Shown: one piece after another, positions 28,989 through 39,670 of the stretch | Numbering within the stretch: position 1 is the first letter of the stretch | How the letters are laid out: each line of letters begins with the position of its first letter | Source: Gammaproteobacteria bacterium | Lineage (GTDB): Bacteria > Pseudomonadota > Gammaproteobacteria > JAJFKG01 | Direction of reading: 5' to 3' | Assembly (NCBI GenBank): GCA_965116795.1 | Contig: OZ220716.1 | Span: forward strand, 746,503 to 810,502 | Length of the DNA: 64,000 nt | Program-made: the position numbers and the translations under genes | Notes under the pieces: generated by a model | Told to the model about the DNA's origin: nothing | The model's database searches: none | What the model saw: the letters and a program-made list of their open reading frames with translations, nothing else

Positions 28989-29875
28989 GCGCTAGTTATT
29001 TTTTCCACTAAATCTGCAACGCAATAACCTACGTTAGCTTTTTTCGCACGATACATCGCTAAGTCAGCTTGATGTAGTAACAATTCAGCATTATTACCAT
29101 CCTTTGGATAGACAGCAATCCCAACGCTAACATTAATTAAAATATCATCACTGCCCAATTGAAATGGTGTTGCTAAGGCTACTAATAAACGTTCAGCGAC
29201 AATGGTTGCTGAATTTACATCAGCAATGTGTGTTAATAGTACGACAAATTCATCACCACCTAAGCGAGCAACCGTGTCAACATTACGTATACACGTTTGT
29301 AACCTTGTTGCTATTGTTTTTAATAACGTATCACCATATTGATGGCCATATTTATCATTAATCAATTTAAAGTTGTTGATATCTAACATCAGTAACGCAA
29401 ATTGTTGTTGATAACGCTGACAGTAAGCAAGTGTTTGTTGTAATCTGTCTTGTAATAACTGACGATTTGGTAAACCGGTTAATACATCATGGTTGGCCAA
29501 TTTAACTAATTTCATTCTAATCTGATGCCGTAAAATAGCACAATCAATGGCATGCATTAGTGTATGTGGATTAATATTTTTTTTGATTAAATGATCTTGC
29601 GCACCCATTTTTATCATTGATGATACACATGATTCATCATCCTTATCGTTGATAATGATAAGTGGCATTTCTGGATAATACGTTTGCATATAATGCAGTA
29701 TTGTTTTATCTGGCTCAATTAACATAGCGTCAGATGACTGTATAGTAACTGTTGTTAATTCAGATAGTTTTGTAATGTGAATTAATTTAAAAGTATTACC
29801 AGTATTTAGAAAAGTGCTAACTTCTCCAAAATTTTCTGGGTTGTTTGTTATATATAAAATAGTTTGCATAGACAT
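28985..29875 (-). CDS. Diguanylate cyclase with degenerate receiver domain
   Basis: D.LTGLPNR, FK.IND..GH..GD, RNVD I-site, intact GGDEF; N-terminal REC-like region (GAQDHL.K). Confidence 0.9.
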   Translation of the reverse strand: MSMQTILYITNNPENFGEVSTFLNTGNTFKLIHITKLSELTTVTIQSSDAMLIEPDKTILHYMQTYYPEMPLIIINDKDDESCVSSMIKMGAQDHLIKKNINPHTLMHAIDCAILRHQIRMKLVKLANHDVLTGLPNRQLLQDRLQQTLAYCQRYQQQFALLMLDINNFKLINDKYGHQYGDTLLKTIATRLQTCIRNVDTVARLGGDEFVVLLTHIADVNSATIVAERLLVALATPFQLGSDDILINVSVGIAVYPKDGNNAELLLHQADLAMYRAKKANVGYCVADLVEKITSA

Positions 29876-29895
29876 ACCGTTTTTTAGAAGAGGGT

Positions 29896-32313
29896 TTAAA
29901 ACAGTTCTTCCGGCATTAACTCATCAACTGTTGATATGGGTGTTGTTGGTGTGTTGGTATTGTTGGCTATTGGTTTAGTATTTTTTGGAGCATATTCTTT
30001 ACGAAATAGTTCAAATTTCGTGTCTTGTTGTTCTGTTGATGCAGGTAAACCGGTTTTTCTATCAATACGTACTGTCACAATGCCAGGCGGTTGCGATAAA
30101 CTGTGCTCTGGGCGATTCGCTAGTGCATATTTCATGAAATCGATCCAAATTGGTAACGCTAATTGTTGCCCATATTCATGTACACCACGTGGTGCATCAA
30201 AACCAGTCCACACAGTTAGTACAATATCACCATTAAAACCAGAGAACCATGCGTCGACTTGTTTATTTGTCGTGCCTGTTTTACCTGCTAAGTCTTGACG
30301 GTGTAATGTGCGTGCGCGTCGTCCAGTCCCATACTTAATCACATCTTGTAATGCTGATGTAATTAGGTAGGCATTGCGTGGTGAAATAATACGAGGCGCT
30401 AATGGTTGATCAACATCACCGCGCATTGATATATCCGATGTATAACACGTTGCACAGGCAATGTTTGGTATTGCTTGATATAATACATCATTGTCATCGT
30501 CAGTAATGCGTTGAATGAAGTGTGGTGTGATTTTGTAACCACCATTAGCAAAACTGGCGTAACCTTGAGCTAATTCTAATGGAGTAACTGTCCCACTACC
30601 CAGTGCTAGCGACAGTGTGTTTGGTAATTGTGTTTCTACAAAGCCAAATCGTTGTAAATACTGGCGAGCAAATGGAATGCCAATGGTTTGCAGTAGACGG
30701 ACAGTAACTAAATTTGTTGAGTGGATAATACCATAACGTAATCGTGTCGGTCCGTGAAAACGGTGATTATCATTGTTAGGGCGCCATGCATCTTCTGCCG
30801 ATGCATCCTCGATAACAATGGGTGCATCGTTAATAATACTGGCTAGAGTCAATCCTTTTTCTAGTGCAGCTGAATAGATAAATGGTTTAAATGCAGAGCC
30901 AGGTTGCCTTTGTGCTTGAATAGCTCGATTAAATTTACTTTGATTAAAATTAAAACCACCGACTAATGCCAGTAGTGCACCGTTACTTGGATTAAGGGCA
31001 ACCAACGCACCTTGTATAATAGGTAATTGTGTTAAGCGCCATTGGTTACCTATTTGACGAACTCGGATGACATCACCTGGTTTAAGAATATCACTTGCTT
31101 GGGTTGGTGTACGCCCTAGTATATTACGTTTGGCATTGATCACTGGACGTGCCCATTTCAATCCAGACCATGGTAATGTGATTTGCTGACCATCGGCTAA
31201 TAATGCTGTTGCTGATTGTGTTTGCGTTGCAAGTACGATTGCTGGCAGAATATCTGCAATGGTGGGTGTGTTACTCAAGATCTGCTGTGCATCTCCCAGA
31301 GTTGTTACAGGTGGGTGATGTTGTTCAATACCACGATAACCATGACGTTTACTATAGGCCAATAGTCCATTGCGCACATTGCGGGTTGCTTGTTTTTGTA
31401 ATTGACTATCAATAGTAGTGTAGATCTTTAAGCCCATGGTATAAGCAGCATCACCATATTCAGCAAGTAATGTTGTGCGTGCCATTTCTGCAATATAGGG
31501 TGCATTAACTTCGGGTGATGAGCCGTGATAACTCGCTGTGATAGGGACATTGGTAGCAGTTTGGTAAACGGTTTCATCAATATAATGTTCTTCTAACATA
31601 CGGCTTAATACATGGTTACGTCGCTTTAGTGCTGCCTCAGGATTTGCAATTGGGTTTATTGCTGATGGCGCTTTGGGTAACCCGGCAATCATCGCAAATT
31701 GTACCAAGGTTAATTCATTTAATGGTTTTCCATAGTACACAGTTGCAGCTGCGCCAACACCATAGGCGCGATTACCTAAATAAATTTTATTAAGGTATAA
31801 CTCAAGAATTTTACGTTTGCTTAATTCTTTATCAATTTTGATTGCCAGTAAGATTTCTCTTAATTTGCGTGTATACGTTTTCTTGCGTGATAGAAAAAAG
31901 TTGCGTGCTACTTGCATGGTGATCGTGCTACCACCTTGATCTTTTTCACCAGTTAATACCAACTGCCAGGCAGCACGTAATAAACCCACTGGATCAATAC
32001 CAGGGTGTTGGTAAAAACGTTGGTCTTCTGTCGCTAGGATCGCATCAATTAGTGGTTTTGGAATGGCATCGATTGGTATTGGAATGCGGCGTTTATCACC
32101 ATATTCTGCAATCAATTTTTCATCTGCAGTAAATACGCGTAGCGGTACTTGGAAACGCACATCTTTTAATACATTAACGTTTGGTAATTGTTGTTCAAAA
32201 TAAATATAGGTAGCTGCTAAGCCTACCAAGCTAAGTGCTGTTAATGTGATTAATCCTTTACCTATGGTTGCCCAAACGGATCGAGGGTTACGCTTGTTTG
32301 TTTGCTTAGCCAT
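29896..32313 (-). CDS. mrcA: Penicillin-binding protein 1A
   Basis: EDQRFYQHPG, GGSTITMQ, RQPGSAFK (SxxK), STN, GKTGT; divergent from pilM. Confidence 0.96.
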   Translation of the reverse strand: MAKQTNKRNPRSVWATIGKGLITLTALSLVGLAATYIYFEQQLPNVNVLKDVRFQVPLRVFTADEKLIAEYGDKRRIPIPIDAIPKPLIDAILATEDQRFYQHPGIDPVGLLRAAWQLVLTGEKDQGGSTITMQVARNFFLSRKKTYTRKLREILLAIKIDKELSKRKILELYLNKIYLGNRAYGVGAAATVYYGKPLNELTLVQFAMIAGLPKAPSAINPIANPEAALKRRNHVLSRMLEEHYIDETVYQTATNVPITASYHGSSPEVNAPYIAEMARTTLLAEYGDAAYTMGLKIYTTIDSQLQKQATRNVRNGLLAYSKRHGYRGIEQHHPPVTTLGDAQQILSNTPTIADILPAIVLATQTQSATALLADGQQITLPWSGLKWARPVINAKRNILGRTPTQASDILKPGDVIRVRQIGNQWRLTQLPIIQGALVALNPSNGALLALVGGFNFNQSKFNRAIQAQRQPGSAFKPFIYSAALEKGLTLASIINDAPIVIEDASAEDAWRPNNDNHRFHGPTRLRYGIIHSTNLVTVRLLQTIGIPFARQYLQRFGFVETQLPNTLSLALGSGTVTPLELAQGYASFANGGYKITPHFIQRITDDDNDVLYQAIPNIACATCYTSDISMRGDVDQPLAPRIISPRNAYLITSALQDVIKYGTGRRARTLHRQDLAGKTGTTNKQVDAWFSGFNGDIVLTVWTGFDAPRGVHEYGQQLALPIWIDFMKYALANRPEHSLSQPPGIVTVRIDRKTGLPASTEQQDTKFELFRKEYAPKNTKPIANNTNTPTTPISTVDELMPEELF

Positions 32314-32401
32314 AGTGAGAGAATAGTACTCTGTTTCTGTTTATCTCGCTAGACTCGGTGTTCTTGAATTGTAGACGTTATTGCCATAATCCTGTCTGTC
32401 A

Positions 32402-32429
32402 TCCTAAAATCCAACTGCGGATTTTCGGA
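32402..32429. repeat. Degenerate minimal family D element
   Basis: TCCTAAAATCC-AACTG-CGGATTTTCGGA resembles joined family D ends; TCA on both flanks. Confidence 0.5.
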
Positions 32430-32691
32430 TCATATATATTGCTTGTGCTTGGATTAGTCACGACATTACGTTAATCACCATTAATTGTCACAATCTGAAA
32501 CCTTGACAGCATGACAAGCAGTTGCGTAATATCATGACACTGCTAACTAATCTTATGAATTCCTAAGAAAATGACCATTGTTGGTGCTCTTTTTTATTCC
32601 AGCCATTGTGTGTGACGTGTTATTGATAACCTAAATAGCTATTTGCACATTCTCAGAGTCTGAGTCGTTATTTGACATGTTTGTTTCAACC

Positions 32692-32851
32692 TATACTCAA
32701 AGCGTTTTGAATGTAGGCGAGGCGGCAACCCTGGATAATCTCCGATTTCCAGGGCGAGGCTCCTCTTCGAATCAAAAGGAGTGTATTGAAATACATGACT
32801 TTTGTGAGAAAGCGCAGCCAACAAAGCCTAAATTTAAAACGAGAAGAGTAT
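32692..32851 (+). repeat. Family A element with nested hairpin insertion
   Basis: Family A ends and core plus an extra CCCTGGATAATC-TCC-GATTTCCAGGG hairpin at about 32739-32764. Confidence 0.88.
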
Positions 32852-32931
32852 TATCAATGCACGGTTGTCATTGAATTGATTGGTATAGATATTGCACCTA
32901 CTCCGCGCTGGAATACAAAAGGACAAAAAAC

Positions 32932-34008
32932 GTGTTTAAATTGTTCAAAAAGCAAAAAAGTGGGCTGTTAGGGATTGATATCAGCTCTAGTGCCGTCAAA
33001 ATTTTGGAATTAGGTTTTGCTGGCAAGCAGTACTCTGTTGAGTATTTTGCTACGTCACAGTTTCGTAGTTCTGCCGTGATTGAAAAAGATATCCGCGATA
33101 TTGACGCCGTTGCCCAAGCTATTAAAGATGCTTATCTCAATTCTCAGTCACAGACCCGTGCGGCGGCAGTTGCTGTTGCAGGGTCATCGGTAATCACAAA
33201 AATTATTCAAATGGATGCTGGATTACTTGATCACGAAATTGAAGCACAAATCTACGGTGAAGCTGATCGTTATATTTCTTATCCTATTGAAGAAATGAAT
33301 GTTGATTTTGAAGTACTTGGCGTCAATGAATCCGATCCAAATTTAGTGGATATCTTAATTGCTGCTGCACGTACCGAAAATGTTGATGCTCATATTGAAA
33401 CATTACATCAAGCTGGCCTACAACCGCAAGTAGTTGGTGTTGAAATTTATGCAGTTGAGCGTGCGTACCAATTAATTGCAAAACGATTACCTAATCAGGG
33501 TCAGGATCTAACTGCAGCTATTGTTGATATTGGTGATGAACTATCAACTATCAGCGTATTATGTTCAGGCAAGACGATCTATATGCGTGATGAATTATTT
33601 GGTGGACAACAACTCACTAATATGATCATGCAACACTACAATTTAACTAAGCACGAAGCAGAAAAAATGAAATTGTCTGCTGATCTGCCTGACGATTACC
33701 AACAAAAAGTATTAGAACCATTTCAGCAAGAATTATTGCAACAGGTTAATCGTGGATTACAGTTTTTTAATACATCCGAACAACATCGTGCTATTGACAT
33801 TATTTTATTAGCAGGTTGGTGTTCTGGGATCCCTGGTTTAATGCAACATATTGCTGAAGCAACTAATACAAACACAATAATAGCCAATCCGTTAGAAGGA
33901 TTAAAAATTAATAGTCGCATCAATAGAGATGAATTATTAAAAAAAGGTCCGCAATTATTAATTGCTTGTGGCCTAGCAATGAGGGCTTTTACCGATGCCA
34001 CATATTAA
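32932..34008 (+). CDS. pilM: Type IV pilus assembly protein PilM
   Basis: LGIDISSSAVK, actin-like fold, FGG.QLT, ACGLAMR. Confidence 0.95.
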   Translation: MFKLFKKQKSGLLGIDISSSAVKILELGFAGKQYSVEYFATSQFRSSAVIEKDIRDIDAVAQAIKDAYLNSQSQTRAAAVAVAGSSVITKIIQMDAGLLDHEIEAQIYGEADRYISYPIEEMNVDFEVLGVNESDPNLVDILIAAARTENVDAHIETLHQAGLQPQVVGVEIYAVERAYQLIAKRLPNQGQDLTAAIVDIGDELSTISVLCSGKTIYMRDELFGGQQLTNMIMQHYNLTKHEAEKMKLSADLPDDYQQKVLEPFQQELLQQVNRGLQFFNTSEQHRAIDIILLAGWCSGIPGLMQHIAEATNTNTIIANPLEGLKINSRINRDELLKKGPQLLIACGLAMRAFTDATY

Positions 34009-34579
34009 CTTATTGCCATGGCGCGAAGAGCGTCGTGATACTTCAAAAAAAGAATTCCTGACAGTACTGGGGGGTATTGCCATTATTGCTGTTTTGCTAA
34101 TTGGTTTAATGCATTTATTTATTATGCGAAATATCAGCACTCAAAATAGTGTTAATAATTACCTAAATAAGCAAATGGCGACTATTAAAGCAGAGGTTGA
34201 CCAAGGTAAACAACTAGAGGAAAAGAAACAAACGTTACTTAGTTATGTCAATGAGTTGCATGATATTAACAAAGAACGTATTGAAACAGTTTTGCTATTT
34301 AATCAGTTAATTGTTTCTGTTCCAGATGGTGTATATCTAACTCATTTTGAGCGTGATGGTGAAACCGTTGAAATCAACGGGATAGCTGAATCAAACACAA
34401 GCGTATCACAGTTAATGCGTAACATAGAGCGATCTGAGACTGTGCGTGAATCAATATTGTCGCGTATTGAAAATACTGACAAGTCAGGGCAAGGCATTAA
34501 CGTTTTCACCGTTAAACTTGTATTAAATACAATACAAACTGGTCAGCAGAAAACATCAAAAAAACGATCAAGGAAATAA
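33995..34579 (+). CDS. pilN: Type IV pilus assembly protein PilN
   Basis: INLLPWRE motif; G.AESN..VS.LMRN. Confidence 0.95.
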   Translation: MPHINLLPWREERRDTSKKEFLTVLGGIAIIAVLLIGLMHLFIMRNISTQNSVNNYLNKQMATIKAEVDQGKQLEEKKQTLLSYVNELHDINKERIETVLLFNQLIVSVPDGVYLTHFERDGETVEINGIAESNTSVSQLMRNIERSETVRESILSRIENTDKSGQGINVFTVKLVLNTIQTGQQKTSKKRSRK

Positions 34580-34581
34580 GT

Positions 34582-35214
34582 ATGACAATCGAATTATCTG
34601 AAATTGATTTTGATAATATTGGTCTGTGGCCAACATCAGTCAAAGTAATTGTATGCTTATTAACGTTTACATTGATATTGGGCATGGGTTATTGGTTTGA
34701 TATTCGTGGCCAATTAGCTGGTTTGCATAAGGCACAAGAAAAAGAAGTAACACTACGAAAAGAAATTGCCACGCACCAAGCTCAAGTGTTACCGATAAAA
34801 GAATTAAAACAGCAAATTGAGACAGTAAAAACATATTTAGATAATACATTAAAGAAAATGCCGAGTTCGGCTGAAATACCAAAAATTTTAGAAGACATTT
34901 CAGCGCAGGGCATTAAAAGTGGTTTAGAGTTTCGTTCAATTCGCCCATTACCTGAAGTGTTACATAAATTTTATGCGCAAACACCTATTAGTATGGTGCT
35001 TGTTGGTAACTATCATCAACTTGGAAAATTTGTTGCTGACCTGGCTGCATTGCGGCGCTACATTGTGGTAACGGATTTTTCCTTAAAGGAATTAGTAGAA
35101 AAACAGGAACGCTCAAGTGGACGCAATAAGAATGTGCGGCGTACACCAACTGGATATATCAAGTTAACGATGACATTAGAAGCGAATATATACCGCAGTA
35201 TTCCATTGGAATGA
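34582..35214 (+). CDS. pilO: Type IV pilus assembly protein PilO
   Basis: IG.WP, P...EIP..LEDIS, FY...PI, G.YH.LG.F. Confidence 0.93.
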   Translation: MTIELSEIDFDNIGLWPTSVKVIVCLLTFTLILGMGYWFDIRGQLAGLHKAQEKEVTLRKEIATHQAQVLPIKELKQQIETVKTYLDNTLKKMPSSAEIPKILEDISAQGIKSGLEFRSIRPLPEVLHKFYAQTPISMVLVGNYHQLGKFVADLAALRRYIVVTDFSLKELVEKQERSSGRNKNVRRTPTGYIKLTMTLEANIYRSIPLE

Positions 35215-35227
35215 TTGGGAAGATTAC

Positions 35228-35776
35228 ATGAGCAGATTGAAAGACAGAGTAACATTAAAAATCAGTATAATCGTGTCACTGATTATTATCATGTTATTGG
35301 CAACATGGTGGTTTTTTGGTAAACCGATGACTGCGCACTCAGCAATTGAACGTTATGTGAAGCAAGTACGCCAACGTCCCGGAAAACCTGTCGAGAAATT
35401 AGCGAATTTCCCAGTATACCTACCGGTTACTTATACCGGTGAAAGTGATCGTAGTCCGTTTAAACCAAAAGTAAGGGCACCAGCTATGATAGCTGGCCAA
35501 GGGCCTGACTTAAGTCGTCCACGTGGCGAATTAGAAGTGTTTACAATCGATTCATTGCGGATGGTCGGTGTGATTACTCAAGATGGTAACACGTGGGCGA
35601 TCGTACAAGCACCGAATGACACAGTTTATCGTATCTCTGTTGGTGATTTTATTGGAAAAAATTATGGTGAAGTTGTGGAAATTTTGCCAACAGAAGTTCA
35701 AGTATCTGAGTCTATATCAGATGGGTTTGGGGCATGGACAAAACGCCCTGTAACATTAACATTGAGTGAGAAATAG
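35228..35776 (+). CDS. pilP: Type IV pilus assembly protein PilP
   Basis: RSPF, PD..R...LE.F..DSL.MVG, G.FIG.NYG; operon position. Confidence 0.9.
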   Translation: MSRLKDRVTLKISIIVSLIIIMLLATWWFFGKPMTAHSAIERYVKQVRQRPGKPVEKLANFPVYLPVTYTGESDRSPFKPKVRAPAMIAGQGPDLSRPRGELEVFTIDSLRMVGVITQDGNTWAIVQAPNDTVYRISVGDFIGKNYGEVVEILPTEVQVSESISDGFGAWTKRPVTLTLSEK

Positions 35777-35778
35777 CT

Positions 35779-37983
35779 ATGAATACGAAGCATGTTAAAT
35801 TATCTCGGCATAGTAACAAACGTAAGTTGATGGTTACTTACTGTTGTTTGTGGATAGTGCTAAGTTGGTTAACATTAGCCGCCGTAGCGATTGGGGCAAC
35901 AAAAGATGATCAAGCTGCAAAAGATAGTCAAGCTACAGCTGATGTAAAAACAAACACGGCTGCAAATGTGTTAAAACGTGTACGTTTTAACGCATTACCA
36001 CAAGATGTAGTACAAGTTCGGTTGCAGTTTGCCAAACCATTGCATAGTGAACCACATAGTTTTATTACGCGTAATCCATCTCGTATTGTTATTGACTTAG
36101 ACAACAATATACATAATGCAACTGGAAAACTCACTCATCTAGTTGGATTAGGCTTAGTTAACAATGTCATGACATTGGAAGCAGATGGACGTTTTCGTAT
36201 TGTCGTTGATTTATCGGGTTTGGTGAAGTATAAAACGCGTATACATGGCGATAGTTTATATATCAATATTCAAGGTGAAAAAGTAGCAAGCTATGTATTA
36301 GATAAAAAGAAACAAGATTATGGTGCTGATCTTACTGGAAAAGCAGTGTTTGGCATCAAAAATATTGATTTTCGTCGCAATGATCAAACAGGAAGAGTGA
36401 TTGTTGATTTATCCAGCCCTGATATTGCAGTTGATGTTGTCCAAGAAGGTAAACAGATTATTGCTAACTTTCCCAAAACACGTTTGCCAAAGCGATTACA
36501 GCGACGTTTAGATGTCACCGATTTCGGTACGCCTATTTCAACAATCGATCTGGTCAACAAACAAAATAGTGTACAAATGACAGTTAATTCATCAGGTGAT
36601 TATGAACAATTGGCTTATCAAGTGGATAATCAATTTTTTATTGATGTTAAAGCGTTAACTGAAAGTGAAGCTGAAGAAAAAAGAAAAAAAGAACCAGAAT
36701 ATACGGGTAAGCGTTTATCACTGAATTTTCAAAATGTAAAAGTGCGTTCTGTATTACAGTTGATTGCTGAGTTTACGGGGATAAATATTGTTGTCAGTGA
36801 TACAGTGAATGGTCAAATTACACTGCGATTAACTGAAGTGCCTTGGGATCAAGCCCTTGATATTATTTTACAAACCCAAGGCCTTGGTAAACAGCAAATA
36901 GGTAATGTGATGTTGATCGCACCATTACCTGAATTAGCTAAACGCGAAAAACAAGAATTGCAAGCATTAAAACAAGTAGAAAAACTAGCACCTTTACAGT
37001 CTGAGTTGATTCAGCTGAACTATGCAAAAGCATCAGAGGTGGTGGAGTTGTTCAAAGCAAAAGGTAATTCAATTTTGTCTGATCGCGGTACAGCCACGTT
37101 TGATTCCAGAACCAATAAGTTATGGGTGAAAGATACATCGACGCAATTATCTGAAGTGCGAGATTTTGTTAAGCGCTTAGATGTCCCAGTGCGCCAAGTA
37201 TTAATTGAAGCACGAATTGTTGAAGTTGATAAAACGTATGAAGAAGATATAGGTGTGCGCTTTGGGATTTCTAATCCTGATGATAATATTACTGGGACAT
37301 TGCACGGTGCTAATCAGTTGGCAAATGGTGATTCACTACGATCACTTGAACCTGATGACAGGCTTAACGTTAATCTTCCAGCAAAGAAATTACTAACAAA
37401 TACGGCGCTTGCTGCGGGTGGTCCAGCTACGTTTGGGTTGGCATTAGCTAAAATTGGTCAAGATATATTCCTCGATTTGGAATTATCTGCATTAGAAACA
37501 GAAGGTCGTGCCAAAGTGATTTCAGCACCGCGCGTGATTACGGCTGATCAACAAGAAGCAAAAATCGAAGCAGGCCAAGAGATCCCATATCAAGAGTCGA
37601 CATCCAGTGGTGCGACATCTACATCATTCAAAAAAGCTGTGTTGAGTTTAGAAGTCACTCCACAAATTACCCCAGATAACCGCATTATTATGCAACTTAA
37701 GATCCATAAAGATAGTCGCGGTGCAAGGGATGAAGATGTTAAAGATGAACCAGCAATCAATACACGATCAGTTAAAACCAATGTCTTAGTTAAAAATGGT
37801 GAAACCGTTGTGCTGGGTGGGATTTATCAACAAGATAAAACCTTAACAGTTAAAAAGGTACCTTTCTTGGGTGATATCCCAGTCATTGGTCTTGCTTTCA
37901 GAGAACGTCAACAAATAAATAATCGTAATGAATTGCTTATTTTCATCACACCTAAAATCATCATGCAAGAAAAAGTGGTTTAA
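35779..37983 (+). CDS. pilQ: Type IV pilus secretin PilQ
   Basis: AMIN domains, Y.G..LSLNFQ, VPWDQALD, QVLIEARIVE, KVPFLGDIP..G. Confidence 0.96.
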   Translation: MNTKHVKLSRHSNKRKLMVTYCCLWIVLSWLTLAAVAIGATKDDQAAKDSQATADVKTNTAANVLKRVRFNALPQDVVQVRLQFAKPLHSEPHSFITRNPSRIVIDLDNNIHNATGKLTHLVGLGLVNNVMTLEADGRFRIVVDLSGLVKYKTRIHGDSLYINIQGEKVASYVLDKKKQDYGADLTGKAVFGIKNIDFRRNDQTGRVIVDLSSPDIAVDVVQEGKQIIANFPKTRLPKRLQRRLDVTDFGTPISTIDLVNKQNSVQMTVNSSGDYEQLAYQVDNQFFIDVKALTESEAEEKRKKEPEYTGKRLSLNFQNVKVRSVLQLIAEFTGINIVVSDTVNGQITLRLTEVPWDQALDIILQTQGLGKQQIGNVMLIAPLPELAKREKQELQALKQVEKLAPLQSELIQLNYAKASEVVELFKAKGNSILSDRGTATFDSRTNKLWVKDTSTQLSEVRDFVKRLDVPVRQVLIEARIVEVDKTYEEDIGVRFGISNPDDNITGTLHGANQLANGDSLRSLEPDDRLNVNLPAKKLLTNTALAAGGPATFGLALAKIGQDIFLDLELSALETEGRAKVISAPRVITADQQEAKIEAGQEIPYQESTSSGATSTSFKKAVLSLEVTPQITPDNRIIMQLKIHKDSRGARDEDVKDEPAINTRSVKTNVLVKNGETVVLGGIYQQDKTLTVKKVPFLGDIPVIGLAFRERQQINNRNELLIFITPKIIMQEKVV

Positions 37984-37988
37984 TCAAG

Positions 37989-38525
37989 ATGAGTAATAGA
38001 CAGCAACGCATTTTTTTATTAGGGGCTACTGGTGTTGGTAAGACAGTGATTGGTCGCGGTTTGGCACGGTCACTTGGTTTTCGTTTTTATGACATTGATA
38101 GTATGATCGCCCAACGATCAGGTGTTGATATTCCCTGGATTGTTGAAGTCGAAGGTATGCAAGGCGTACATGTCCGTGAGCAAAAAATATTAACTGAATT
38201 AGAACAGCAGCACGGTATTGTGGTTGCCACAGGCAGTCACATTGTCGAAGTTGCTGACAATAGGCAACTATTGGCACGTGCGGGTATCGTAGTTTATTTG
38301 CGTGCCTGTTGCACACAACGTTTGCAACGTTTACACAAGCGTTATCAAGGCGTTGATGATGCACAAGCGCAAGCCGATTTATTGGATGAAGAAAAACAAT
38401 TGTCACCCTACTATGCTGAATTAGCTGATGTCATCATTGATACCGATGATCTGACATATCAGACAGTGACTAATCAACTTGCTAGGCAATTGACAACATC
38501 GCCTAGTCAATGGATTTCAAGTTAA
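37989..38525 (+). CDS. aroK: Shikimate kinase homolog (atypical active site)
   Basis: G..GVGKT..G Walker A, D.D..I...G.DI.W; pilQ-aroK-aroB synteny; several substrate-binding residues altered. Confidence 0.75.
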   Translation: MSNRQQRIFLLGATGVGKTVIGRGLARSLGFRFYDIDSMIAQRSGVDIPWIVEVEGMQGVHVREQKILTELEQQHGIVVATGSHIVEVADNRQLLARAGIVVYLRACCTQRLQRLHKRYQGVDDAQAQADLLDEEKQLSPYYAELADVIIDTDDLTYQTVTNQLARQLTTSPSQWISS

Positions 38526-38575
38526 TAACTTGATAGTATTTCCCGCCTGCCGTGTAACGATGAGGCGATAATTGT

Positions 38576-39661
38576 ATGCACACGATCCAGGTTAAGCTGC
38601 CTGAACAAGGTTATCCTATTCATATTGGACAAGGGTTATTACAACACCCTGATCAAGTAGCACGGTATATCCAGGGCCAGCAAGCATTGTTGGTTACAAA
38701 TAAAACGATTGCAGCGCTGTATGCAAACCCACTGTTAACCAATCTACGAACACAAGGCAAACACGTCACGTTATGTGTGTTACCCGATGGCGAACAATAT
38801 AAGACAATTGCAACATTAAATATAATTTTTGATGCATTATTAACAGCAAAGCATACACGTGAAACAACATTGATTGCACTAGGTGGCGGTGTGATTGGTG
38901 ATTTAACCGGTTTTGCTGCAGCATGTTATCAACGCGGCGTTAATTACATTCACATTCCAACAACCTTATTAGCGCAAGTAGATTCATCAATTGGTGGTAA
39001 GACAGCAGTCAATCACCCATTAGGTAAGAACATGATTGGAGCATTCCATCAGCCACGTGCAGTGATTATCGATGTGCAAACATTATCTACATTAGCACCG
39101 CGTCAATTTAATGCAGGTTTTGCTGAAATTATTAAATGTGCTTTAATTCGAGATGCCGATTTTTTTGCTTGGCTTGAACAACATATAACATCATTGTTAT
39201 GCCAAAAATTAGATGTGTTACAAGAAGCGATTATCCGCGCGTGTCAAATCAAAGTAGATATTGTGTTACGTGATGTGAATGATCAACATGGCGAACGTGC
39301 ATTATTGAATTTTGGTCATACGTTTGCACATGCATTAGAATATTGCATGGGATATGGTGCCTGGTTGCATGGCGAAGCGGTTGCAACAGGTATTATCGCA
39401 GCAAATCAAGTATCACAACAACACGGTTGGTTAACAATGGCAGATACATTACGTGTACAACAGTTATTACAACAAGTAAAATTGCCGATTAAATTTCCTA
39501 AACAATTGGTACCAACTACATTGTACGCTGCGATGCAGCGTGATAAGAAAAAGCGAGATAATGCATTGAATTTAATTTTATTAAACACTATTGGCAACGC
39601 AAGCATTTACCATCATGCTAGTCAAGCCAATATCATTAATGCGATTCAACAAACGCAATAG
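38576..39661 (+). CDS. aroB: 3-dehydroquinate synthase
   Basis: PDGEQYK, GGGVIGD, PTTLLAQVDSSIGGKT, LNFGHT, HGEAV, DKK. Confidence 0.96.
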   Translation: MHTIQVKLPEQGYPIHIGQGLLQHPDQVARYIQGQQALLVTNKTIAALYANPLLTNLRTQGKHVTLCVLPDGEQYKTIATLNIIFDALLTAKHTRETTLIALGGGVIGDLTGFAAACYQRGVNYIHIPTTLLAQVDSSIGGKTAVNHPLGKNMIGAFHQPRAVIIDVQTLSTLAPRQFNAGFAEIIKCALIRDADFFAWLEQHITSLLCQKLDVLQEAIIRACQIKVDIVLRDVNDQHGERALLNFGHTFAHALEYCMGYGAWLHGEAVATGIIAANQVSQQHGWLTMADTLRVQQLLQQVKLPIKFPKQLVPTTLYAAMQRDKKKRDNALNLILLNTIGNASIYHHASQANIINAIQQTQ

Positions 39662-39670
39662 AGGTAACCC

